A stretch of DNA of 64,000 nt from Candidatus Latescibacterota bacterium (GTDB lineage Bacteria; Latescibacterota; UBA2968): assembly GCA_965204375.1 (NCBI GenBank), contig OZ241986.1:2432001-2496000 (forward strand), given 5' to 3'. Below the pieces are notes generated by a model that did not search any database, was not told the DNA's origin, and saw nothing but the letters and a program-made list of their open reading frames with translations. Below, piece by piece: positions 18,975 through 28,066 of the stretch. A program made the position numbers and the translations under genes. How positions within the stretch are numbered: the stretch's first letter is position 1; every line of letters begins with the position of its first letter.

Positions 18975-19405
18975 ACCTTGAAGACCTCTTTTAAGAATTT
19001 ATATCGCCTTTTCTGATATGGGGAACTATCGTTGTCTTTGGATTTTTTGAGTTCTTTAATATCTTGAATATCGTCGCAAACAATCTCGACCAAGACATCC
19101 AACGCATCTTCCCAACTATCATTGCTACCACCAATAATGCTCGGAAAATCTTCAAAAAACACCGCCCATGATCCGTCTCGAAATTCCTCAAAGGTAACAA
19201 TGTGATGTCCGCCAGGTAAAGGCAAATTAGCCTTTATCCAGCGAACTGGTTCGTCCTCTTGTGGTGGTGCAAGGGATTCAGGTTCTTTGCGGGAATAATC
19301 ATCCAGACAAGCATGACCTTTTTCCTCAAAACGGCTTAGTAATGATTGACGAACTAACCAAGAGGCTTCAGTCTCCTCTGGTGGACCTGCTGACATCATA
19401 GACAT
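18971..19405 (-). CDS. HicB-like antitoxin
   Basis: FEEFRDGSWAVFFEDFP..IGG..SWEDAL..L.E partial RNase H-like HicB pattern; AGGAG RBS. Confidence 0.55.
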   Translation of the reverse strand: MSMMSAGPPEETEASWLVRQSLLSRFEEKGHACLDDYSRKEPESLAPPQEDEPVRWIKANLPLPGGHHIVTFEEFRDGSWAVFFEDFPSIIGGSNDSWEDALDVLVEIVCDDIQDIKELKKSKDNDSSPYQKRRYKFLKEVFKV

Positions 19406-19664
19406 GTTAGGCTCCTTGTGTTAAGTAAAAAAACGATATAGTATAATATCACACAGGTCAAGCGATTTTCCGGCACTATCCTGCATAATCCCCACTGATG
19501 CAGGATGTTACTTGAAAAGGCATGTCTGACAGCCTTGACAACACCTGAATTTTCGGCTATTTTGCAATCCCACTGCAAAATAGCCGAGTTTTTCATCTCA
19601 AAATGTACATTTTCCGTACACTTGAACTCTTTGTCGCACCTTCCCGATTTTCCATCTCACCTTA

Positions 19665-20624
19665 ATGATACCCGACCTCTTACCCTTAAAACCCTACCTC
19701 CGCGAAACCGTCTGGGGAGGGCGCAGCCTGGGGACACACTACAACAAAGCACTACCTCCAGATGTGCCCATTGGCGAATCGTGGGAAGTCTCGGCATACA
19801 GTGGAATGGAAAGCATTGTTGCAGACGGTCCCTTTGCCGGACAAAACCTCGCAGACCTCGTCACAAATTACGGCGCAGACCTCCTCGGACAGCGCGTTAT
19901 CCAGCGTTACGGCACCGAATTTCCATTGCTCATCAAACTCCTCGATGCGCGTGACGACCTCTCCATCCAGGTACACCCCGACGACACCTATGCCCGTGCA
20001 GAAAACCTGGGCACGTATGGCAAAACAGAAGCGTGGTACGTACTCAAATCAGACCACGGGCGCGTGGCGTGTGGCCTGAAAAACGGCGTCGATAAACACA
20101 GCTTGAAATTATCCATCCGGGAAAACCGCGTGCAGGACACCGTGCAATTCTTCGATGTACAGGAAGGCGATGTGATCTTCGTGCCCCCCGGCACAGTACA
20201 CGCCCTGTGCCAGAACGTCATGATCTACGAAGTACAACAATCCAGCGACCTCACCTTTCGCATCTACGACTACAACCGCCCCGGCACCGATGGCAAACCG
20301 CGCGAACTGCACATTGACCGCGCCCTCGATGTCATCGCCTTTGACGCACCCGCGCCAGAACCGCGACACTCGCGCCACGATGCAAACGCCACACTCATAG
20401 GAGCGGAAGACACCGAATACTTCCGCCTCGAACGCTTCGCCCCTGCGAGCACCATCCAGCACACCTATCCCACATTCGCAGCACTCACCATCCTCGCCGG
20501 TCAAGCCCACTTAAACAAAACCTTCACTGCCCAAACAGGCGACACCTTCTTCATCCCCGCCAATCGCACCATCACCATCTCGCCCGAAGAACAGGTGGAA
20601 TATTTGATCTCATCATGTGGGTAA
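19665..20624 (+). CDS. manA: Mannose-6-phosphate isomerase, class I
   Basis: VWGG, GESWEVS, FPLLIK.LDA..DLSIQVHP, GKTEAWY, GTVHA, EVQQSSD.TFR.YD. Confidence 0.9.
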   Translation: MIPDLLPLKPYLRETVWGGRSLGTHYNKALPPDVPIGESWEVSAYSGMESIVADGPFAGQNLADLVTNYGADLLGQRVIQRYGTEFPLLIKLLDARDDLSIQVHPDDTYARAENLGTYGKTEAWYVLKSDHGRVACGLKNGVDKHSLKLSIRENRVQDTVQFFDVQEGDVIFVPPGTVHALCQNVMIYEVQQSSDLTFRIYDYNRPGTDGKPRELHIDRALDVIAFDAPAPEPRHSRHDANATLIGAEDTEYFRLERFAPASTIQHTYPTFAALTILAGQAHLNKTFTAQTGDTFFIPANRTITISPEEQVEYLISSCG

Positions 20625-20628
20625 ATCG

Positions 20629-20895
20629 CTAAACCTGAGCTTCGCCGTAGAGGTCAATACGAGCGCGGAGGGAGGGCTTAATGAAAACATCGTCGAGGGA
20701 CAATTGGGAAAAAGCGTGTGCGAGAATATCGACCTGCGTGGGCACATCGAGGCGGTAATCGAGAATCAGACGCTGTTCGCCGCGCACGACACACAGACCA
20801 CCTGTACCACCCATGAGGTCTTCGCGGAAGAGGGGAATATTCAGACGATGGGCAAGAGCTTCAAATTCTTGCAGAAGTTGGGAATCGGTCATCAT
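20629..20895 (-). CDS. Small conserved hypothetical protein
   Basis: LLQEFEALAHRLNI..R......GGLCVVRG..RLILD... fills the gap between manA and the next gene. Confidence 0.6.
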   Translation of the reverse strand: MMTDSQLLQEFEALAHRLNIPLFREDLMGGTGGLCVVRGEQRLILDYRLDVPTQVDILAHAFSQLSLDDVFIKPSLRARIDLYGEAQV

Positions 20896-21003
20896 GTAAA
20901 AATCAAGGACTGAAACTTGAGGAAAGTCGCATCTGATATTTGCAAATATAGCGAAATTAAAAAAATGCACAACTGGATCGGCGAAGGTCGGTCCAGTTTT
21001 TTA

Positions 21004-22620
21004 TCAAAGAATATGTCCTTTGATATATGCTTTCAGATCGGATAACGTATTCGCATCGCCCGGCAAGAGCGGAAGGCCGCCAATGCCATGGGAAAGGCTG
21101 GTATAAAAAGCGTGGATCTGATACGCGGGATCTACCTGAGCGGGAAACAGAACAACAGCACTTTTGAGAATGCGCTGAAAATCTGTGTCTATCACCTGGC
21201 CAATAGCATCCCGGTAGGCGTGCATCTTATCAATATCTTCGCGCATGGGAATCCACGTCCCATTGTAATCTTCGCGGCGATATTTGGCGTCAAATGCATA
21301 AATAGCGCGTTCTCTACTGGATTTAGGCATTCCAGCACATGCATTCGAGTTATAGACTTCAATAATGACATCGGGTCTCAGATCATGTGTGAGCGCGCGT
21401 CCCGACGAAGTGGTATAGGTCATATTGTAGAGACAACGGATGCGGCACTCGCCGCGCCGAAGATATATCGCAGAGGATTCGCCCTGCGCGGGAGAAACGC
21501 TCAGACCGCGGTTGGTCAGATGAAAAAGGTTATCATCGCGGATCGGAACAAAGCCCATATCGCACAGAGAGTGAACGAGCGTAAAATAGACCCAGTATTC
21601 GTAAAGAGCGTGCGTATCGCGATAAGACAGATCAAATGGACCACCCGTACAGGGCGCGAGCGCGCGATTGAGATCGCGGATGAGCGCAAAAGCCATCTGG
21701 TAACGCACATCGAGATGAACGGGCAAAGCGTCATCGCGTCGCGCAGGCGGCAAAGGGAGCAACCGCAAGCAGCGATCGACGTATATTTTCAGGCGATGCC
21801 CCAGATCAGTATATGCGATCGGTCTCGCACGCAGGGACAGGCGCTTTAAGCGTGCAACCAGATGGCGATTGAGTGGCGTATCAATATCGGAATGGCGATG
21901 GGTCTCGCGCAAATGCGTACAGACGATACCGTCCGCTATGGGCAAGTGTGGGAGATCGGTTCCGCTATGTGTCCAGAATTGTGGAGAGCGAATCATATCG
22001 ACAATAGCATCGGGATCGCGGCCCTGTGCGCGATCAACCGCGCGGATGCGTTGAACGGTTTTGAGATGGCGGTGCGGACGTTTGAGAATCGCATGCAAAG
22101 TGTGGACGAGTTGATTCAGAAGACGATTCAGCACTTGATGAAAGTCTAAATTGCTACCCTTATCATCTGTCAGACGCGTTGAGATACGGGTTTGATCGGG
22201 CAGAAGATAAACGAGTTCGCGGCTGACACGCTCGAGATCGGCACGCATGAATTGATAATCGGTTTCGTAGTCGAGATGCGAGGGACGCACATCGAGTTCG
22301 GCATAGAGCAGGTCGGCCTGATCTGAGCGAATGCAAAAACGGATATGCCCAGGATGATCGCCCGTTGCGAGCCGCCCCCACAGCGCGTTCCCGTCGCGGA
22401 GAAAACCGAGCGTCTCCGCGGGTTGATCGTCTATATAGACCGAAATATCTTTCTCATTGAGCGGACGGATGAGGCAGTTGCACTCAGTGGCTTCTACCAG
22501 ATGATCAGCAATCACATTGCACTGCACTGGAGAGAGCAAAATGCGGGCCTGGTCGTTTTCTGCGACAAGACCATCGGATGTCTGCGCAAAAGAAGCGCGG
22601 ATGTGTTGACCTGAGTCCAT
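21004..22620 (-). CDS. DUF2357 / McrC-like PD-(D/E)XK nuclease
   Basis: LYEYW, RPDV, FDAKYR and DIDKMHAYRDAI. Confidence 0.8.
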   Translation of the reverse strand: MDSGQHIRASFAQTSDGLVAENDQARILLSPVQCNVIADHLVEATECNCLIRPLNEKDISVYIDDQPAETLGFLRDGNALWGRLATGDHPGHIRFCIRSDQADLLYAELDVRPSHLDYETDYQFMRADLERVSRELVYLLPDQTRISTRLTDDKGSNLDFHQVLNRLLNQLVHTLHAILKRPHRHLKTVQRIRAVDRAQGRDPDAIVDMIRSPQFWTHSGTDLPHLPIADGIVCTHLRETHRHSDIDTPLNRHLVARLKRLSLRARPIAYTDLGHRLKIYVDRCLRLLPLPPARRDDALPVHLDVRYQMAFALIRDLNRALAPCTGGPFDLSYRDTHALYEYWVYFTLVHSLCDMGFVPIRDDNLFHLTNRGLSVSPAQGESSAIYLRRGECRIRCLYNMTYTTSSGRALTHDLRPDVIIEVYNSNACAGMPKSSRERAIYAFDAKYRREDYNGTWIPMREDIDKMHAYRDAIGQVIDTDFQRILKSAVVLFPAQVDPAYQIHAFYTSLSHGIGGLPLLPGDANTLSDLKAYIKGHIL

Positions 22621-22699
22621 TGTTCACGTAGATTTCAAAGGTGTTTGTTTTCAACCATTTTACGGAGGTCGCCTGCGATAATGAATATAAGGAGGAGTT

Positions 22700-23338
22700 G
22701 TGATTCGTGCAATTTTGTGGGACAATGATGGCGTGCTGGTAGATACCGAAGGTCTGTACTTTCAGGCGGGATATGAAGTATTGGCAACACAGGGGGTTGA
22801 ACTAACGCCTGAGGATTTTGCCGAACAATCTCTTAAAAAAGGGCTGAGTGTATTCGATTTTCTGCCCGATCAAAATGCCGAATTGATCGAGCAGTTGCGC
22901 TTGAAACGCAATGCGCGGTACAGCGCATTATTAGCCGAAGGTGTACAGATCGTGGATGGCGTGATAGAAACACTCGAAACATTCCAGGGCCGCGTACAAA
23001 TGGGCATTGTAACGGGTTCTCGCAGAGATCACTTCGACATTGTTCACGCAAAGACGGATTTGCTCCCATTCTTCGACTTTGTGCTGGCAAGAGAAGATTA
23101 CGAAGAAGCAAAGCCACACCCAGACGCGTATTTAACGGCCATGCGATTGCACGGGCTACAACCCAATGACTGTGTAGTTGTAGAAGATTCTGAGCGCGGA
23201 TGTGTCGCGGCAGCAGCGGCCGGCTTGCGCGTACTCGCTGTGCCAAATGCGCTGTCGAAATACGGAGACTTTTCATCTGCGTACAAAATACTGAACTCTG
23301 TGCGAGATGTGGTAAATGAGATAGAGAAGTTGAACTGA
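22700..23338 (+). CDS. HAD-superfamily phosphatase (beta-PGM-like)
   Basis: WDNDGVLVDTE, KPHPD, VEDS; GGAGGAG RBS. Confidence 0.9.
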   Translation: MIRAILWDNDGVLVDTEGLYFQAGYEVLATQGVELTPEDFAEQSLKKGLSVFDFLPDQNAELIEQLRLKRNARYSALLAEGVQIVDGVIETLETFQGRVQMGIVTGSRRDHFDIVHAKTDLLPFFDFVLAREDYEEAKPHPDAYLTAMRLHGLQPNDCVVVEDSERGCVAAAAAGLRVLAVPNALSKYGDFSSAYKILNSVRDVVNEIEKLN

Positions 23339-23376
23339 GTCTATTTTTAAGCTCTTAACAAAACGAGGTATATGTA

Positions 23377-25449
23377 ATGAGTGAATTAAAAAACAATCCC
23401 CTCCTGGTCAAAGAGGGATTGCCGAGGTACGACGAAATTAAACCAGAGCACGTTGTACCGGGCGTAAAACATATGATATCAGAAGCAGAGAAACAGATTG
23501 CGGCATTAGAGCAAAACATGACCCCATCGTGGGATGGGTTGCTTGCCCCCCTCGAAGAACTCGACGTACCCTTTTCTTATGCCTGGGGACCGGTGGGCCA
23601 TCTGCTAAGTGTAAAAAATTCGGATGATTTGCGCGAAGCACACGAGGCAGTCCTGCAAGATGTCGTGGCTTATGGTCTGCGCGTGCGGCAAAGCCGGCCC
23701 ATTTACGAAGGCCTGGTGGCAATTCGAAACGGCGAGGAATGGGCAAAGCTGAATGAGGCTCAAAAGCGATGTATCGAGCTGAAAATTCGCACAGCAGAAC
23801 ACGCCGGAGTAGGCTTAGAGGGCACATCAAAGGAACGCTTTAACGAAATCGCCAAAGAATTGTCGCAAATCAGCACAGATTTTTCTAACCACGTACTGGA
23901 TGCGACCAAAGATTATGAACTAATCATTGAAAATAAAAAAGATACGAAGGACTGGCCGAACAGTTTGCGACAAGTAGCCGCGCAGTCTTATGCACAAGCC
24001 AATGAGGGCAGCGAAGCCACACCGAAAAATGGTCCCTGGCGCATTACACTGGATTTCCCGAGCTTTTATCCCTTTATGCAACACCACCGCGTGCGAGACC
24101 ACCGCGAGCAAGTGTACAAAGCCTATGTCCAGCGCGCATCCTCTGGCGAATGGGACAACAGCGATCTGATTGCGCGCACCTTAAAATTGCGCAAAGAGCA
24201 ATCCGTGCTCCTGGGGTTTGCGACCTATGCAGACAGGAGCCTGGATGTCAAAATGGCCCCCGATGTCGCATCTGTAGAGCGCATGATCGGCGAATTGCAG
24301 GCGGCTTCGCAGCCCCATAGCGAAAATGACTTTGGCGCGCTGGAAGCCCTGGCAAAGGAAAGTGGTCAGGAAGAGCCAGTCATGCACTGGGATACGTCCT
24401 TCTGGTCCGAGCGGTGGCGCGAGCAAAAATTCGATTATACCGACGACCAGCTACGCCCTTATTTTCCACTTCCCAGAGTACTCGATGGCATGTTTGCATT
24501 GGCAGAACGCCTTTTTGATATTGAGATCGCGCGGGCCGATGATGAAGACGCGCACAAATGGCATGAAGATGTGCAGTTCTTCAAAGTACTCCGCGATGGC
24601 GAGCGCATCGCGTCGTTTTATCTGGACCCCTATTCCCGTCCAGCAGAAAAGCGCGGTGGCGCGTGGATGAACGACTGTCTGGGACGGCGATGGCTCAACG
24701 GCGAACTACGCTTGCCCGTAGTACATCTCGTGTGCAACGGCACGCCACCCGTGGGTGACACGCCATCGCTGATGAGTTTTTCAGAAGTAGAAACCCTGTT
24801 CCACGAGTTTGGCCACGGGTTGCAGGGCATGTTGACAACCGTTGATTACGCCGATGTAGCGGGATTGCACGGTGTGGAATGGGATGCCGTGGAAATTGCC
24901 AGTCAGTTCATGGAAAACTGGTGTTATCAAAAACCCACGCTAATTGGAATGACCGCACACGTAGAAACGGGAGAGCCTCTGCCAGATGACCTGTTTGAGA
25001 AAATCGTCGCCGCGCGCACATTTCAGGCGGGGTCTCTGATGATGCGTCAGTTATCCTTTGGAAAAACAGACATGCTACTGCATTCTGCCTACGATCCAGA
25101 TGGCGAAGAAACGGCTTTTGATGTGGAGCGCAGGGTAACCGAAGAAATGTCCGTATTGCCCCCGCTGCCAGAAAGTCGCTTCTTGTGCTCATTCTCCCAT
25201 ATTTTTTCCGGAGGCTATGCCGCCGGATACTACAGCTACAAATGGTCAGAGGTACTGAGCGCAGATGCATTCGGCGCGTTTGAAGAAGCCGGACTGGACG
25301 ATGAAGAAGCCGTAAAAGCAACCGGGTGCAAATTCCGCGACACAATTCTCGCCCTGGGCGGTAGCAAACACCCCATGGATGTGTACCGAGAATTTCGCGG
25401 ACGCGAACCGAGCACAGAGGCATTGCTACGGCACAATGGCCTGTTGTAA
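23377..25449 (+). CDS. prlC: Oligopeptidase A (M3 peptidase)
   Basis: FHEFGH, KRGGAWM, WDAVE..SQFMENW, GYAAGYYSYKW. Confidence 0.95.
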   Translation: MSELKNNPLLVKEGLPRYDEIKPEHVVPGVKHMISEAEKQIAALEQNMTPSWDGLLAPLEELDVPFSYAWGPVGHLLSVKNSDDLREAHEAVLQDVVAYGLRVRQSRPIYEGLVAIRNGEEWAKLNEAQKRCIELKIRTAEHAGVGLEGTSKERFNEIAKELSQISTDFSNHVLDATKDYELIIENKKDTKDWPNSLRQVAAQSYAQANEGSEATPKNGPWRITLDFPSFYPFMQHHRVRDHREQVYKAYVQRASSGEWDNSDLIARTLKLRKEQSVLLGFATYADRSLDVKMAPDVASVERMIGELQAASQPHSENDFGALEALAKESGQEEPVMHWDTSFWSERWREQKFDYTDDQLRPYFPLPRVLDGMFALAERLFDIEIARADDEDAHKWHEDVQFFKVLRDGERIASFYLDPYSRPAEKRGGAWMNDCLGRRWLNGELRLPVVHLVCNGTPPVGDTPSLMSFSEVETLFHEFGHGLQGMLTTVDYADVAGLHGVEWDAVEIASQFMENWCYQKPTLIGMTAHVETGEPLPDDLFEKIVAARTFQAGSLMMRQLSFGKTDMLLHSAYDPDGEETAFDVERRVTEEMSVLPPLPESRFLCSFSHIFSGGYAAGYYSYKWSEVLSADAFGAFEEAGLDDEEAVKATGCKFRDTILALGGSKHPMDVYREFRGREPSTEALLRHNGLL

Positions 25450-25473
25450 AGCTCAGGAGATGAGGAAATCATA

Positions 25474-26766
25474 ATGTTAGAATTCATTTTCAACTGGTTA
25501 CTCAGCCTGGGTGTCGAACCAGAGATGACTAAAACCTGGGCCGCACCACTATTGGTGGGGCTGTGCATTCTGGTGCTCAGTGTGATTGCCGATTTTATAG
25601 TGAAGCGCATAGCTCTGCGAACGCTGAAATACCTGATTGAAAAAACGACAACACCCTGGGATGATGCATTTGTAGAGCATCGGGTTCTGGACCGATTGGC
25701 GCATCTGGCTCCCGCAGTGGTCATCTACCTTTTAGCCGACTTGCCATTTGCGGGAATGACAGAAGCAGACCGGGATTATTGCGTAGCAATTGTTCGGGAT
25801 GCCGTGCAAATTTTTGTCGTGATCGTCAGTGTCTGGAGCATTGGGGCATTTCTCAATGCCGCGCTATCTGTCTATCAGACATTTGAGATCTCCCGAGAAG
25901 TCCCTGGCAGGGGTTTTGTGCAGGTTTTGAAAATACTGACGTATTTTGTAGGCGGCATTTTGATTTTGTCAATTTTGTTAGACCGCAATCCCGTATATTT
26001 TCTGAGCGGATTGGGCGCATTGATGGCCATACTTTTGCTGGTATTTAAAGATGCCATCATGGGACTGGTCGCGGGCATACAACTGAGTGCTAATAAAATG
26101 GTCGCCGTGGGCGATTGGATTGAGATGCCGAAATACGGTGCTGATGGGGATGTCATTGAAGTGGCATTGACCACCGTAAAGGTGCAAAACTGGGACAAAA
26201 CGATTACCTCGATCCCTGCGTATTCATTGATCAGCGAATCGTTTAAAAACTGGCGCGGGATGCAAGAATCGGGTGGGCGTCGGATCAAGCGGTCAATTTT
26301 AATAGATATTCAAACAATCAAATTTTGCGACGAAGAGATGTTGGCCCGGTTTTCAAAAATCAAATACATCGCTGCCTATATCGAACATAAGAAAGACGAA
26401 CTGGCAAAATTCAACCAGACGCAAGAGATAGATGAGTCGAGTCTCGTAAATGGGCGGCGCATGACCAATGTGGGCACGTTTCGGGCATACATCGTCGCGT
26501 ATTTGAGACACCATCCAAAAGTCAACCTGGAAATGACATTTTTGGTGCGACAACTACCGCCACAAGAACACGGCTTACCAATAGAAATATACGTTTTCTG
26601 CAGCGATACGGTATGGGCGAATTACGAGGCGATTCAGGCGGATATTTTCGACCACATCCTATCCGTAGTACCCGAGTTTGATCTCAGCGTATTTCAGGCA
26701 CCAACAGGGCATGATTTTAAGCATCTCAGTAAAAGATTTATACCACCACCGGGCCGAAGAGGCTGA
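25474..26766 (+). CDS. MscS-family mechanosensitive channel (YbdG/MscM-like)
   Basis: TM helices; GDWIEMPKYGADGDV, VKVQNWDKTI, NWRGM.ESGGRRIKRS. Confidence 0.92.
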   Translation: MLEFIFNWLLSLGVEPEMTKTWAAPLLVGLCILVLSVIADFIVKRIALRTLKYLIEKTTTPWDDAFVEHRVLDRLAHLAPAVVIYLLADLPFAGMTEADRDYCVAIVRDAVQIFVVIVSVWSIGAFLNAALSVYQTFEISREVPGRGFVQVLKILTYFVGGILILSILLDRNPVYFLSGLGALMAILLLVFKDAIMGLVAGIQLSANKMVAVGDWIEMPKYGADGDVIEVALTTVKVQNWDKTITSIPAYSLISESFKNWRGMQESGGRRIKRSILIDIQTIKFCDEEMLARFSKIKYIAAYIEHKKDELAKFNQTQEIDESSLVNGRRMTNVGTFRAYIVAYLRHHPKVNLEMTFLVRQLPPQEHGLPIEIYVFCSDTVWANYEAIQADIFDHILSVVPEFDLSVFQAPTGHDFKHLSKRFIPPPGRRG

Positions 26767-26796
26767 AAACCCAATTCGCAAATATTAAATCGTTTT

Positions 26797-26827
26797 ATCT
26801 GTGTTCATCTGCGTTCATCTGCGGATA
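26797..26827. repeat. Short intergenic repeat of ATCTGYGTTC units; second copy at 39596-39612
   Basis: atctgtgttc-atctgcgttc-atctgcggata; the 17-mer GCGTTCATCTGCGGATA is identical at both loci. Confidence 0.6.
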
Positions 26828-26832
26828 CTTTT

Positions 26833-27278
26833 ATGTCAGACCAACTCAAACAACGCAATCGCGAACTCTCAATCCTCAACGCGATAGCCCATGCGCTCAA
26901 CCAATCCGTCAATCTCGATCAAGCCCTCGAAACAGCACTTGAAAAAGTAGCTGCATTGCTCGGCTTGAGCACGAGTTGGATCTGGCTCATGCACGAAGAC
27001 ACACACCAACCTTATCTGGCTGCCGCGCAAAACCTGCCCCCTGTACTGCGCGACAACCCGAGCAAAATGGGCGGCTGGTGCTATTGTCTGGACACCTACG
27101 AGAAAGGCGACTTGAAGGGTGCGGCAAATGTAAATGTCGTGGCCTGTAGCCGTCTGAAAGGACTTGTAGAAGGCACAGATGGCTTACAATATCACGCGAG
27201 TATCCCACTGCAATTGAAAGCGCGCCCGACCGCGGCACGCGTTTGGAAATCCACATCCCACTGGAGCGCGAGATATGA
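26833..27278 (+). pseudogene. GAF sensor histidine kinase with a large internal deletion
   Basis: GAF domain ends at HASIPL. From about 27213 another frame reads IESAPDRGTRLEIHIPLEREI* (HATPase C-terminus), with TGA overlapping the regulator ATG. Confidence 0.8.
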
Positions 27279-27895
27279 GCAAACCCATTCGCATTGTCGT
27301 TGCAGACGATCATCCCGTTGTGCGCGATGGCCTGATTGCCATGCTACAGACCCAATCCGATTTTGAGGTCATAGGAGAAGCTGGCGACGGCGCAGAAGCA
27401 TTGCACCTGGTCGCCGAACGCGCGCCCGACGTGCTATTGCTCGATCTGGAGATGCCGCGATTGGATGGTATTGAGACGCTCCAGCAACTGGGAGAACGGG
27501 GAAGCGGTGTGAGGGTAATCGTGTTTACAGTCTTTGATACGGACGAGCGCATCGTATCGGCGATGCGGGCTGGCGCAAAAGGCTATTTGCTCAAAGGCGC
27601 GCCCCGAGGCGATGTGTTTCGTGCCGTGCGCGTGGTGAACGAAGGCGGCTCCTTACTTGAACCCCTCATCGCTTCCAAGCTATTGGACAGCGTGAACAAT
27701 CCCGATGCACTGACCGCGCGGCAAAAAGAGGTGCTACACCTGTTGGCAACGGGACTATTGAATAAAGAAATCGCCGATCAACTCAACATTTCCGAACGCA
27801 CAGTCAAATTTCACGTCAGCGAAATCCTGGGCAAACTCGGCGCGGGCAACCGCACAGAAGCCGCCGCGATTGCGATGCAAAGGGGATTGATCTAA
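27275..27895 (+). CDS. NarL/LuxR-family response regulator
   Basis: ADDHPVVR, LLDLEMP, GYLLK; LuxR HTH LTARQKEVL...NKEIA..L.ISERTVK.H. Confidence 0.95.
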   Translation: MSKPIRIVVADDHPVVRDGLIAMLQTQSDFEVIGEAGDGAEALHLVAERAPDVLLLDLEMPRLDGIETLQQLGERGSGVRVIVFTVFDTDERIVSAMRAGAKGYLLKGAPRGDVFRAVRVVNEGGSLLEPLIASKLLDSVNNPDALTARQKEVLHLLATGLLNKEIADQLNISERTVKFHVSEILGKLGAGNRTEAAAIAMQRGLI

Positions 27896-28066
27896 AACTG
27901 ATAAATAATAATTAAGAGATAGAGCTTGCTCCTCTTTAATAATGGCGATATATTGGCTTTAAAACGATATATCGCTTTTTTAACATTCTGTAATTCATTG
28001 AGATATGTACATAAAACGATTTGACCTGGGCAGAGAGTGGGCCGATCTTTCAAAGCCGGAAATTAG

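Noticed and set aside
19553-19587. 14-bp inverted repeat as a mobile-element end or att site
   Set aside because: No matching copy seen at the island's left edge and no integrase; it overlaps a TTGACA-17-TATTTT promoter-like sequence for manA.
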